Positions 47,790 to 57,481 of a DNA stretch of 64,000 nucleotides are shown here, piece by piece; the stretch's first letter is position 1; the number at the start of each line of letters is the position of its first letter. The position numbers were made by a program, and so were the translations under genes. The notes under the pieces were generated by a model. The model had not been told where the DNA came from. It saw nothing but the letters and a program-made list of their open reading frames with translations, and made no database searches. Source of the stretch: an uncultured delta proteobacterium (GTDB taxonomy: Bacteria > Desulfobacterota > Binatia > Binatales > Binataceae); assembly GCA_963808235.1 (NCBI GenBank), contig CAWEEQ010000004.1:3552001-3616000 (forward strand). Reading direction: 5' to 3'.

Positions 47790-49349
47790 TTATGGCACAA
47801 AACATGACTGGCCGCGTGCGATTACCGCCGCGTAGGATTTGCCGCGTTTGATCAGGACCAGGTGGCGGCTGCCGTGATCGGAAGTCAGCACCGGCTCGAA
47901 GTCGAGCGCTTCGTGCTGATGAACTTTCCAGACCGCCGCGGGCAGGATGATGAAGCCCGGCGGTGCGTCGCTCAGGCGCCCGTGCAGTTCAGGGGCGTCG
48001 CGATCCAGATAGAACAGCAGCGGTGCCGCTTCTTCACCTAGCTCGAAAATGTAGAGCGGATCTTCAGCCGCCACGACGCGGCCGATTTCGGCAGCGGCGG
48101 GCCGAAACGAATCGTTGCGACAAGCGTTCACTTCGCTTCGCGGCACATAGAAAAAATTAAAGATGATAAGTCCGCAGCATAGTGCGGCGTATGTCCATAC
48201 TGCGGCGCGGCGGAATGCAGCGGGCGGAATCGTCAGTATCCACCATGCCAGAATCACCGCGGCGGCCGGCCATACCGGCAGCAGGTACGCGCGGCGTTTG
48301 TAGGCGGCCAGAGTGAAAAAAACGACCGTGACGAAATAGAAGATCGCGAACAGGCGGACGGTGGCAATCGGCAGCGTGGTCGAGCGGTCGCCCTCAGCCG
48401 ACGCTTGCAGACTCGCGCCGGGCTCTCCCGATGAGCCAGGTGAAAGACGCGGAGTGAGTAATGCGTACACGGCGGCGACTGGGATGAGAATACTCAGTGG
48501 GGCGGAATTGAGTAGTATGGGTTTCAGGTAGTACCACGGCGCCATCGCGCCCAACGAGCCGGCGAAGCGGCCGAGATTTTCTTCGCCGATCTGGCGGTTG
48601 AGGAATGCGAAGTGGCCGCTGAGATAGCAGGCCGCGTACCAACTTGAGGCGAGCGCCGCGCCGACGATGATCGCGCCGGGATCGAGCATCGTGAGTAGTT
48701 GGCGCGGCCGCTGCTCGACAATCATGAAGACTACGATCGACGCACCGGGAAGAATCGCGCCGACTGGCCCTTTGGCGAGCACGCCGAGTCCGAGCGAAAT
48801 CGCAACCAGGTAGAGTGCCGCGAGATTGGACTCGGCGCGCGCGACGCGGCCCGAAGAATTCGGATCGCGCGGCAGCCACCACATGAACGCGAACAGCGCG
48901 AGCGTTTCGAAAAAGCATAGCGTCATATCCACGCGGCCGAAGCGGCCCTGGCTGACGTATTGGTATGAGCCGGCGAGCGCGAGTCCGGCCAGGATGGCCC
49001 CCTCGACCCCCAGGACTCGGTACGCAAAGAGCATCGTGAGCGCAATGCCAAGGATCGCGTAGAGCGCGGACGGCAGGCGCAAGTTTGCGGCGGTGACTTT
49101 GCGGATACCCGCCACCCGATCGATCGCGACGGCCGTCCAGTGGAACAGCGGCGGCTTGTACATCGGGACCTTCCCGTTCTCGACCGGGAAAAGCACATGG
49201 CCTTGCTCGACCATCTGCTGTACGAAGACGCCCTCGACCGCCTCGTTGCCGGTGCATACGTCGCCCGCGCCGAGGCGATAGAGCATCAGCGCCGCGCTGA
49301 TGATCGCGATCGCGACGATAGCTGCGACGGGCGGGATTCTAGTCGGCAT
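47790..49349 (-). CDS. ArnT/PMT-like glycosyltransferase family 39 membrane protein
   Basis: KPPLFHW, LRLPSAL, RVDMTLCFF, LAKGPVG, PWYY, KRRAYLLP. Confidence 0.9.
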   Translation of the reverse strand: MPTRIPPVAAIVAIAIISAALMLYRLGAGDVCTGNEAVEGVFVQQMVEQGHVLFPVENGKVPMYKPPLFHWTAVAIDRVAGIRKVTAANLRLPSALYAILGIALTMLFAYRVLGVEGAILAGLALAGSYQYVSQGRFGRVDMTLCFFETLALFAFMWWLPRDPNSSGRVARAESNLAALYLVAISLGLGVLAKGPVGAILPGASIVVFMIVEQRPRQLLTMLDPGAIIVGAALASSWYAACYLSGHFAFLNRQIGEENLGRFAGSLGAMAPWYYLKPILLNSAPLSILIPVAAVYALLTPRLSPGSSGEPGASLQASAEGDRSTTLPIATVRLFAIFYFVTVVFFTLAAYKRRAYLLPVWPAAAVILAWWILTIPPAAFRRAAVWTYAALCCGLIIFNFFYVPRSEVNACRNDSFRPAAAEIGRVVAAEDPLYIFELGEEAAPLLFYLDRDAPELHGRLSDAPPGFIILPAAVWKVHQHEALDFEPVLTSDHGSRHLVLIKRGKSYAAVIARGQSCFVP

Positions 49350-49393
49350 TCAATACTCAGTCGCGCAATACTCAGTCGTGACAAAATTAATAG

Positions 49394-50575
49394 TCAGTCG
49401 AGGTCAGAGCGGTAGATACTGATATGTTTGATTCGCCCCGAGTCGTAGCCGCGCCATTTGGCGGCAGGTACTTCGCGGGCGCCGGCGCGTTTAAATCCGA
49501 GCCGCTTGAAAAAGCCGCCGACCCGCTCCTCGCTGGTGCATGCGAATACATATTTGAGACGGCGGGCTCCCGCCTCCTTGAGGATTTCGCGGACCAGTAC
49601 CGCGGCCACGCCTTCACCCTGGAACCTGGTCAGGGTGTACATCGCGGTGATCTCTCCGGCGCGATCCCGGCGATAGGGCTCGGTCAGCAGCGAGCAGATT
49701 CCGGCCAGGTGCTCGTCGCCGATTCGGTAGCCGAAGCATGAAGGCAGGATTTGCGCTATCTGATCGGAGTTGCGCGGCAGCAGATGCCCTTCGTTCTGAG
49801 CGCGCACGATGAGCGCCTCGACTTCCTCAAAGTCGTCGATCGAAACCGGGCGCACGAAGCCGTACTGCATCTCAGTGAAGAGCGTGCCGGCGCCGACGAA
49901 GCTGAACAATTCCTCGTAGACGTCGCGCGGCGCGACCATGTTCACGCTGCCGACGCCGTCTTCGAGCGCGTCGAGCGCGGCGCGCACGATTGCTTTGCGA
50001 GCGCGCGAGCGGACCTGCCGCCGGACCCGGCCGATACGGCGCTGCTCGACGAAAGAAAGTCGCTCGCCATGCTTGTCGAGAAGGCCGCCGCCCCGATCGA
50101 GCATCAGCAGCTTGAAGACGCGCAGCCGGCTGGCGAGTTCGCGGGCGAAGACGATCAGATCGTCGGCGTCGTCGCGACTCATCGAGGCGACCACGATCGA
50201 TCCGGCGCGCAGCCGTTCCCATATTTCGGCGACCGCGGAATCCGGCGGATACGGGCGCGAGCGAAGTCCGTCGGACGGATTGAAAATCGGCGGCGGTTCC
50301 TTCGGCGCGAGGCGGCCAAGCCGGCGGATCAGCTTGGGCAGCGCGCTCGGCGAGACGATCACGACGCATCGCGACTGGTTGCGCCTGAGTTCGCGCAGCG
50401 TCTGCACCAGCGAATCGAAATCCGCGATGCGCAGGCCGGCGGGAGGAACGAACGCGAAGAGAAGGCTCTTGCCGTAAAATTCCTCGAGATAAAAAGTTTT
50501 CTCGGAAAAAAGCGGCGCGCTGCGGCGTCGCGATCCACCGTAATCTTCGAGAGAGACGGAGCTCGAGTCTGCCAC
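49394..50575 (-). CDS. Amino-acid N-acetyltransferase ArgA-like (degenerate AAK domain plus GNAT)
   Basis: ALEDGVGSV..EELFSFVGAGTL, EGHLLPR, FQGEGVA, FFKRLGF. Confidence 0.75.
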   Translation of the reverse strand: MADSSSVSLEDYGGSRRRSAPLFSEKTFYLEEFYGKSLLFAFVPPAGLRIADFDSLVQTLRELRRNQSRCVVIVSPSALPKLIRRLGRLAPKEPPPIFNPSDGLRSRPYPPDSAVAEIWERLRAGSIVVASMSRDDADDLIVFARELASRLRVFKLLMLDRGGGLLDKHGERLSFVEQRRIGRVRRQVRSRARKAIVRAALDALEDGVGSVNMVAPRDVYEELFSFVGAGTLFTEMQYGFVRPVSIDDFEEVEALIVRAQNEGHLLPRNSDQIAQILPSCFGYRIGDEHLAGICSLLTEPYRRDRAGEITAMYTLTRFQGEGVAAVLVREILKEAGARRLKYVFACTSEERVGGFFKRLGFKRAGAREVPAAKWRGYDSGRIKHISIYRSDLD

Positions 50576-50589
50576 TTAAGGATTTACGG

Positions 50590-51057
50590 CTACGCGGTTC
50601 CGGACTTCGCGGGTGAGACCGCGTCGGGCGCGCATACCGGCGGAGCGGGGCGCGACGCGGCGATTTCCGCAAGCGAAGTATCGGAGAAAACTTCGAGCAG
50701 GACGCGCTGGCCCTTTTCCCATACGCGATACATCCGGCAGGTCGGCTGCAGAGCGCATGAGCTGCTGCCGTCGGTGCATACGTTGAGCGTGATCGGACCT
50801 TCGACCGCCTCGATAATGTCGCGAAACGTGATCGTGTCCGCTTTGCGCGCCAGCTGATAGCCGCCGCCGGGGCCGCGCCGCGCATGAACGAGCCCGCGGC
50901 GCATCAGGTCGCGGATCACTTTTTCCAGGTAGTATTTTGGAATTTGCTCGCGAGTGGCTATTTCGGTGCCGCGCGCGACGCCGGCCGGACGATCGGCGAG
51001 ATAGATCATGGCCCGCAGCGCGTATTCGATCTTGCGCGGTATCTGCATCAGGCTCAT
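50590..51057 (-). CDS. Rrf2 family transcriptional regulator with three Cys (Fe-S type)
   Basis: EYALRAMIYLA, YLEKV..L..GLV.ARRGPGGGYQLA, IIEAVEG, C-x6-C-x5-C. Confidence 0.92.
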   Translation of the reverse strand: MSLMQIPRKIEYALRAMIYLADRPAGVARGTEIATREQIPKYYLEKVIRDLMRRGLVHARRGPGGGYQLARKADTITFRDIIEAVEGPITLNVCTDGSSSCALQPTCRMYRVWEKGQRVLLEVFSDTSLAEIAASRPAPPVCAPDAVSPAKSGTA

Positions 51058-51095
51058 GAGTTATTCACCGGACTCGCAACTATCAAAAGTGATCC

Positions 51096-51707
51096 TCACG
51101 AGGCGGCCGCCGCAGCCGCTCTCACCGCGAGAATTTTTTCGACGTATTTGACCAGCATGTCGTTCTCGATATTCACCGCGTCGCCCGCGCTTTTGAAACC
51201 GAGCGTGGTCGAACGAAGCGTGTGTGGAATCAGCTCGACGGAAAAGCTGCACTCGTGAACGTCGAAAATAGTCAGGCTGATACCGTCGATTGCGACCGAG
51301 CCTTTTTCGACCAGGTAGCGCGACTGCGCGGGCGCGACCTCGAAGGTGAAAAGTTTCGAGTCGCCCTCCGGCCGTATCGACACGATTCGCCCGACTCCGT
51401 CCACGTGGCCGGAGACCAGATGACCGCCGAGCAGTTTGTCGAGCGTGAGGCATCGCTCGAGATTGACCCGGGTGCCCGGCTTCAGTTGGCCAAGGACGGA
51501 GCATCGCAGGGTCTCGGCGGAGACGTCCATCGCAAAACGGCCGGCGCTTTTGGCGACCACGGTCAGGCACGCGCCGCTCACCGTGATCGAGTCGCCGATA
51601 TTTATTTCCGAAGTCGGGAGCGAGGTGTGAATCGTGATCACCGCGCCTTGATCGGTCGGCTTGAGGCTCTCGACGGTGCCGAGATCTTCGACGATTCCGG
51701 TGAACAT
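51096..51707 (-). CDS. ribE: Riboflavin synthase alpha chain
   Basis: MFTGIVE, GDSITVSGACLTV, VNLER, GGHLVSGHVDG, KGSVAIDGISLT, LIPHT. Confidence 0.97.
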   Translation of the reverse strand: MFTGIVEDLGTVESLKPTDQGAVITIHTSLPTSEINIGDSITVSGACLTVVAKSAGRFAMDVSAETLRCSVLGQLKPGTRVNLERCLTLDKLLGGHLVSGHVDGVGRIVSIRPEGDSKLFTFEVAPAQSRYLVEKGSVAIDGISLTIFDVHECSFSVELIPHTLRSTTLGFKSAGDAVNIENDMLVKYVEKILAVRAAAAAAS

Positions 51708-51865
51708 AAATTGCTCCTACGGCTGATCCAGTGATCCAGTGATCAGTGATTCACGGGGCGGCGATAAAGAACCAGAAAAATCATATCTTTCCGACAGATA
51801 CCGGCGCAACAACGCGGCGGGAAACCCTGCCTTTGTCGAGAATCTTGGCCTAAGCTGGGGCGGTC

Positions 51866-52622
51866 ATGAAGGGAAAATCCAAAACGAAAATTCGATCGGC
51901 GAAAATGAAGCGCGGCGGTAAAAGCCGTGGCGATGAAAACCTCAAGGCGCTGCTTTTTGATTTTGGCGGCACGCTCGCCTTCTTGGACTTCGACTTGCTG
52001 GCGCGAGAATTCTCGCGTGAAGGGCGCAAGCTCGACGCGCTTGCGCTCGAGCACGCAGAATATGCGGGACGCGCGGCGATCGACAAATGCCTGGCGGGTG
52101 CGCCGCCCGGGATGCAGGCGGACAATTCCGTCTACGAACATTTTTTCCGTGCCTGGATGACGGCGGCCGGAATCGGGGAGGCGGAGATGACCGAGTGCGC
52201 GGCGAAGTTTGGCGCGATACATCGGGAGGCGTCGCTGTGGCGGGTGGTGCGGCCGGGCACCTTCGAGGCACTCGACGCATTCAAGTCGGCGGGGTACAAG
52301 CTCGCGATCGTTTCGAATGCGGAGGGACGGATCGAATCCGATGCGAAGCGATTCGGCCTCGCAAAATACTTCGATGTGATAATCGATTCGCACGTCGTCG
52401 GCGTGGCGAAGCCGGACCCGCGTATCTTTCATATCGCGCTCGAGCGGCTCGGGAGTCGCGCCTGATGAAGCGAGATTCGCCGGCGACATCTACTCGATCG
52501 ACGTGGTTGGAGCGCGCGCGGCGGGAATCGAGGCGCGGCTAATCGATCAGCATCAGCGCTACCACTGGGTCGAGCATCATAAGATTCGCCACGTCGGCGA
52601 GATGCATCAACCCCGGGCATAG
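51866..52622 (+). CDS. HAD family hydrolase, split by a +1 frameshift near 52452 (probable sequencing error)
   Basis: LFDFGGTL, IVSNA, KPDPRIF. Removing one G from GGG at 52451-52453 continues as LGVAPDEARFAGDIYSIDVVGARAAG (motif IV) to TAG 52622. Confidence 0.85.
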
Positions 52623-52636
52623 AGAAGAAAAACGAA

Positions 52637-53920
52637 ATGGGCGTCATAAGAGATCAATCGGAAAAGATGTTCACCGGCGCGATCACGACGCGGCAGTTTC
52701 ATCCGCTGCTCCCGACCGGCGAGTATGAGGAGATCGCGGACGGCGTGATGTTCTACCGATGGTTCGCGAACGTGACGGCGTGCAAGACCCGCGAGGGGTT
52801 GGTGCTGATCGACACGGGCGGCTACTTCAACCAGGACGCGACGGTAAAGCTTATCCGGCAATTCTCACCCGATCGGGTGAACACGGCGATCTACACGCAT
52901 GGGCATGTCGATCACGCGTGCGGGATGCCGGCATTTGTGGCCGACGCGGGGAAGAACAAGGTGGCGCGGCCGCGCGTGGTGGGGCATCGCGCCGTCGCCG
53001 CGCGCTTCGATCGCTACAAGCGCAGCGCCGGGTACAACAACGTAGTCAATACCCGCCAGTTCAGCCGGCCCGCGTCGTGGCCGACTGAGTATGTATATCC
53101 CGATACCTACTTCGATAGTCAGTTGAATGTAGTTGCGGGCGACGATCGATTCGAATGCCATCACGCGCGCGGCGAGACCGACGACCATTGCTGGGTATTT
53201 ATTCCGAGTCGAAAGGTGCTCCTAACCGGAGACCTGATAATCTGGGCGGCGCCCAACGCGGGCAATCCGCAGAAGGCGCAACGCTATGCGCGGGAGTGGG
53301 CCGAAGCGCTCCGAGTGATGGCGCGGACGGGCGCCGAGGTGCTGATTCCGGGGCATGGCTACCCGGTGTTCGGCGCGATCAAGGTGCGCCAGGTGTTGAA
53401 CGACACCGCGAATTATCTGCAGAGCTTGTACGATCAGACGCTTGCGATGATGAATGCGGGCGCGCCGCTCGACGAGATTATTCACACCGTGCGCGCGCCG
53501 GCTGCGCTCCAGGAAAAGCCGTGGCTGCAAGCGGTTTACGATGAGCCCGAGTTTATCGTGCGCAACATCTGGCGGCTCGAGGGCGGATGGTACGACGGCG
53601 TGCCGTCGAATCTGAAACCGGCGAGCGACGCGGAGCGGGCCCGCGAAATAGCGGCGCTGGCGGGCGGAGTCGAATCGGTAGTGGCGCGGGCGATGGAAAA
53701 ACTCGGGGCGGACGAAGTAGTGCTCGCGTGTCATCTGGCGGATTGGGCGATAGCGGCGGCGCCCGACGACAAGAGTGCGCACGAAGCGCGGATGAAGATT
53801 TACGCGGCGCGGGCAGCGCGCGAAGAATCGACGATGGCGCACGGAATTTTCAGATCGGCAGTCCTCGAGTCGGCAGAGAAGGCAGGGATCGCAGCGCCGG
53901 ACGATAAGAGGAGCGCGTAA
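52637..53920 (+). CDS. Alkyl-sulfatase-like metallo-beta-lactamase fold hydrolase
   Basis: LIDTG, YTHGHVDH, GETDDH, TGD..PNAGNPQK, LIPGHG, EFIVRNIWRLEGGWYDG. Confidence 0.88.
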   Translation: MGVIRDQSEKMFTGAITTRQFHPLLPTGEYEEIADGVMFYRWFANVTACKTREGLVLIDTGGYFNQDATVKLIRQFSPDRVNTAIYTHGHVDHACGMPAFVADAGKNKVARPRVVGHRAVAARFDRYKRSAGYNNVVNTRQFSRPASWPTEYVYPDTYFDSQLNVVAGDDRFECHHARGETDDHCWVFIPSRKVLLTGDLIIWAAPNAGNPQKAQRYAREWAEALRVMARTGAEVLIPGHGYPVFGAIKVRQVLNDTANYLQSLYDQTLAMMNAGAPLDEIIHTVRAPAALQEKPWLQAVYDEPEFIVRNIWRLEGGWYDGVPSNLKPASDAERAREIAALAGGVESVVARAMEKLGADEVVLACHLADWAIAAAPDDKSAHEARMKIYAARAAREESTMAHGIFRSAVLESAEKAGIAAPDDKRSA

Positions 53921-53947
53921 GCGCGAGCAGCACTGTTCCCGCGCTTC

Positions 53948-54055
53948 GCCTTCAAACTTCGAACAGGCGCGTAGCGCCGCATCCGGTTTTTTTCTTTTTC
54001 TCCCACCCAGGGAAGGGCGAAACCCGGGTGGGTTTCGCATCCGGATCTTCTCTCT
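53948..54055 (-). repeat. Structured repeat family A, variant B
   Basis: CCTTCAAACTTCGAACAGGCGCGTAGCGCCGCATC...GGAAGGGCGAAACCCGGGTGGGTTTCGCATCCGGATCTTCTC; inverted counterpart at 58292-58390. Confidence 0.8.
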
Positions 54056-54090
54056 TTTTCTTCTACTGTAGTAGTGGTCCGACCTCGGCT

Positions 54091-54119
54091 TTGCGCGCGG
54101 GCGCGGCGCGGGTCATAAT
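54091..54119 (+). promoter_or_regulatory. Putative sigma70 promoter of mnmG
   Basis: TTGCGC-17 bp-CATAAT, 15 nt upstream of ATG 54135. Confidence 0.5.
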
Positions 54120-54134
54120 CGCTGATTCATCATT

Positions 54135-56022
54135 ATGAAGTACGACGTAATCGTTGTCGGCGCCGGCCATGCCGGTATCGAAGCCGCGCTCGCATCGGCG
54201 CGTATCGGCGCGAGCACCTTGATGCTCACGCTTAACCTCGACCATATCGGGCAGATGTCCTGTAATCCCGCGATCGGCGGAATCGGCAAAGGGTCATCTG
54301 GTCCGCGAGATCGACGCGCTCGGCGGAGAGATGGGCCTTGCGATCGACGAGACCGGAATACAGTTCCGCTTCCTCAACACCCGCAAGGGTCCCGCGGTCA
54401 GAGCGCGTCGCGCGCAGGCGGACAAGGCCGCGTATCGCGCGCGCAGCAAGCGGGTGCTCGAACGTATCGAGAATCTGCAGATACGACAGGCGAGCGTCGA
54501 GCGGCTCGTCGTTGAGGATGGGAAAGTTCGCGGCGTCGAATCACAAATCGGCGAGATTTTCGAGGGGCCGGCGGTTATCCTGACGACCGGAACTTTTTTG
54601 AAGGGCCTCGTCCATATCGGGCTCAAGAATTATTCGGCGGGACGAGCCGGAGACTTCGCCGCGATGGGACTGTCGGGCGCGCTCGCGGAACTGGGATTTT
54701 CGATCGGGCGGCTCAAGACCGGCACCTGCCCGCGGCTCGACTCGCGCACGATCGACTACTCGCAGTTGGAGATTCAACCCGGTGATGTTCCGCCGCCGCC
54801 GTTCTCATTCCGGACGACGAAGATCGCGCGCGAGCAAATCCCGTGTCATCTCACGTACACCAACTCGCGCACCCATGAGATTATTCGCGGCGCGATCGAT
54901 CGGTCGCCGATGTACTCGGGCGTGATTCAGAGCAAGGGCCCGCGCTACTGCCCGTCGGTCGAGGACAAGGTGATGCGCTTTCCAATCAAGGAGCGGCATC
55001 AGATTTTCCTCGAGCCCGAGGGCCGCGATACCGTCGAGGTCTATCCCAACGGACTCTCGACCAGCCTTCCGCTCGACGTGCAGCTTGCGATGGTCCGGTC
55101 GATAGCCGGGCTCGAGCAGGCCGAAATCATGCGGCCCGGCTACGCGATCGAGTACGACTTTTCCGACCCGACTCAGCTGACCCCTTCCTTAGAGACCAAG
55201 CTGGTCGGTGGACTCTTCTTCGCCGGCCAGATAAACGGGACCACCGGCTACGAAGAGGCTGCCGGCCAAGGGCTGATCGCGGGAATTAACGCGGCGCTCC
55301 ATGTCCGCGACGAGCCGGCGCTGATCCTGCGCCGCGACCAGGCTTATATCGGCGTGATGATCGACGACCTGGTGACGCGCGGAATCGGCGGAGAGCCGTA
55401 TCGGATGTTCACCTCGCGCGCCGAGTATCGCCTGCTGCTGCGAGAAGATAACGCCGACCGCCGGCTCTCGTCGATCGGCGAGCGGCTCGGACTTCTCGAC
55501 GCCTCAGCCGGCGCCCGGGTGCGCGCCAAGACCGACGCGGTGCGGATTGAGATCGAGCGGCTTAGCGTGGCGTCCATAGCCCCATCGGACGAGGTCAATG
55601 AGATCCTGGCTGGTGCCGGCGCGACTGCGATCACGCAAACAGTCCGTGCGATCGAGCTTCTCAAGCGGCCGGAGATCGATTACATAACGTTGCTCAAGAT
55701 CGAGCGGCGACTCGACTCAAGTGACCGACTGGACCCCGACGAAGCGGCCGAGCTCGAGACCGAGGTCAAATACGAAGGCTACGTGCGGCGCCAAGCCGAC
55801 GCGATCGAGCGGTTCAAGCGGATGGAAGATACCGAGATTCCGGAATGGCTGGACTTCAGCGGCGTCACAGGGCTGTCGACCGAGGTGTCGGAGCGGCTGA
55901 TGCGGGTCCGTCCACGCTCGCTCGGGCAGGCCGCGCGTATGCCAGGAATCACGCCAGCCGCAATCTCGATAATCGCGGTGCATATAAAGAGTCGGCGCGA
56001 TCGCAACGCGCGGGCGATATAG
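54135..56022 (+). CDS. mnmG: tRNA uridine-5-carboxymethylaminomethyl modification enzyme MnmG (GidA), +1 frameshift near 54292 (probable error)
   Basis: [25 protein letters not shown]. Deleting one G at 54291-54293 restores [13 protein letters not shown]; [28 protein letters not shown]. Confidence 0.95.
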
Positions 56023-56050
56023 GCGAAGGGCGGGGAAGGGAAATCACTTT

Positions 56051-56152
56051 ATTTAATGTGAAACCCACCGTGGGTTTCACACTTCCTTCGGCAGGGGTGA
56101 CCCCTGCACCCAGTATTAAAACAAAGATGCGGCGCGGAGCGCCTGTTTAGAA
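56051..56152 (+). repeat. Structured repeat family A (three hairpins)
   Basis: TGTGAAACCC-ACCGT-GGGTTTCACA, GCAGGGG-TGA-CCCCTGC, GGCGC-GGA-GCGCC; near-identical copies at 57141-57240 (inverted) and 59428-59528. Confidence 0.9.
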
Positions 56153-56221
56153 CGGGGTGGGGAAGATCTGTTGTTTTGGCGGGTTGCGGGGTATTATTCC
56201 TCGCCCTGCGATATTCGAGCA

Positions 56222-56237
56222 CGTTTCACGTGAAACA
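56222..56237. promoter_or_regulatory. parS site 1
   Basis: CGTTTCACGTGAAACA, 15/16 match to the consensus TGTTTCACGTGAAACA. Confidence 0.9.
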
Positions 56238-56298
56238 TATTTGGTGAATTGTTCAATAGATTCAACGATAATTTGCTTCGCCTGACCGATTTGATCGA

Positions 56299-56314
56299 TG
56301 TTTCACGTGAAACA
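56299..56314. promoter_or_regulatory. parS site 2
   Basis: Perfect TGTTTCACGTGAAACA. Confidence 0.95.
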
Positions 56315-56365
56315 TCAAAGGCGCCACCCGTGGGGCTTCCTTAGTTCGACTGACCGATTTGGACC

Positions 56366-57115
56366 ATGTTTCACGTGAAACATATTAAGAAAAAACCTAA
56401 GAAAAAAGCGCTAAATCCCGAGCAGATCGCTGAATTGGTGCGAGCGCAGCTCGCGCCGACGCTGTCCGCGATTGGTGGAGGGGTAATCTCCAAAAACTCG
56501 GACTTTCTGGACCGGATCGAACGGCTCGCGGCTACGCTCGCCCTCTGGGGCACCAAGGTCAATCTCACCGCGCATCCGCGCGACCCTGACGAGATTGTCT
56601 TCCACGTCTTCGACAGCATCATCCCGGTCTCACTTGCTGTGAGTTCGAAAATTCTGCGGCTCGGAGCGCATCCGGATCGCGAGCGGCGATTCCTCGATAT
56701 CGGTAGCGGTGCCGGCTTTCCCGGCCTCGTGATTGCCGCTGCAATCAACGCACAAGTCACCTTGGTCGAGTCGCGGCGCAAACGCGCCACGTTCCTCAAC
56801 GAAGCGATAATCGAGATGGGACTGCGCAACGCTCACGTCGAGTCGGTGCGCGCCGAAACGCTCGACCTCCGTATCGGCTTCGACCTGATCACCGCCCGCG
56901 CCGTCGGCGTCCCGATAGAGATGTTCAAACTGGCCGGCAAAGGACTTCATCCGGGGGGCGTGCTGATGCTCTACGTAAGCGCCGCACAGAAGTTCGACGA
57001 CGTTGCCGATGCGGCACGCGCAGCCGGCCTCGGCGAAGTGACGGTCGCAGGGTACGATCTGCGCCACGGCAAGCAAGTGATGAATCGAGCGGTGGCGACC
57101 TGGGTGCGCAGGTAG
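56366..57115 (+). CDS. rsmG: 16S rRNA m7G527 methyltransferase RsmG (GidB)
   Basis: W..KVNLTA, HVFDS, LDIGSGAGFPGL, LVESRRKRATFL, FDLITARAV; lies between mnmG and parA; start uncertain. Confidence 0.95.
   Translation: MFHVKHIKKKPKKKALNPEQIAELVRAQLAPTLSAIGGGVISKNSDFLDRIERLAATLALWGTKVNLTAHPRDPDEIVFHVFDSIIPVSLAVSSKILRLGAHPDRERRFLDIGSGAGFPGLVIAAAINAQVTLVESRRKRATFLNEAIIEMGLRNAHVESVRAETLDLRIGFDLITARAVGVPIEMFKLAGKGLHPGGVLMLYVSAAQKFDDVADAARAAGLGEVTVAGYDLRHGKQVMNRAVATWVRR
56367..56382. promoter_or_regulatory. parS site 3, overlapping the rsmG start
   Basis: Perfect TGTTTCACGTGAAACA; translates as MFHVKH. Confidence 0.95.
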
Positions 57116-57140
57116 AGAGCCAGGTTCTGCCCTTCAAAAT

Positions 57141-57240
57141 TTCTAACAGGCGCGTAGCGCCGCATCTTTGTTTTAATACTGGGTGCAGGGGTCACCCCTG
57201 CCGAAGGAAGCGTGAAACCCACCGCGGGTTTCACATTCAA
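57141..57240 (-). repeat. Structured repeat family A, inverted copy
   Basis: Reverse complement nearly identical to 56051-56152. Confidence 0.9.
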
Positions 57241-57298
57241 TGAAGTTGGCTGCTTCCAATGGCCTGAGCCTTTTTCCTTGCCTGACCGATTTGGTCGA

Positions 57299-57314
57299 TG
57301 TTTCACGTGAAACA
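57299..57314. promoter_or_regulatory. parS site 4
   Basis: Perfect TGTTTCACGTGAAACA upstream of parA. Confidence 0.95.
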
Positions 57315-57481
57315 TTCGGATCGTAAAATCCTTTAGATTCAAGGGTTTGTGCAAATGTGATCGTGCAAATTTGATTTTGTGCGAGCGCGGGCATTTAATA
57401 GCGATGACCGCTATGCGCGATTTTTTTTGGTCCGTGGCCACATGGACTTCGCGCGAGGGGACGGGTTTTGTGGGGCAGGTC

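Noticed and set aside
51708-51865. FMN riboswitch upstream of ribE
   Set aside because: No recognisable RFN consensus segments; the gap is short and shared with a divergent promoter.
56051-57240. Inverted repeats flanking rsmG as a composite transposon or invertible segment
   Set aside because: No transposase or recombinase, no target-site duplication seen, rsmG is in its normal mnmG-rsmG-parA-parB position, and the same repeat occurs elsewhere.
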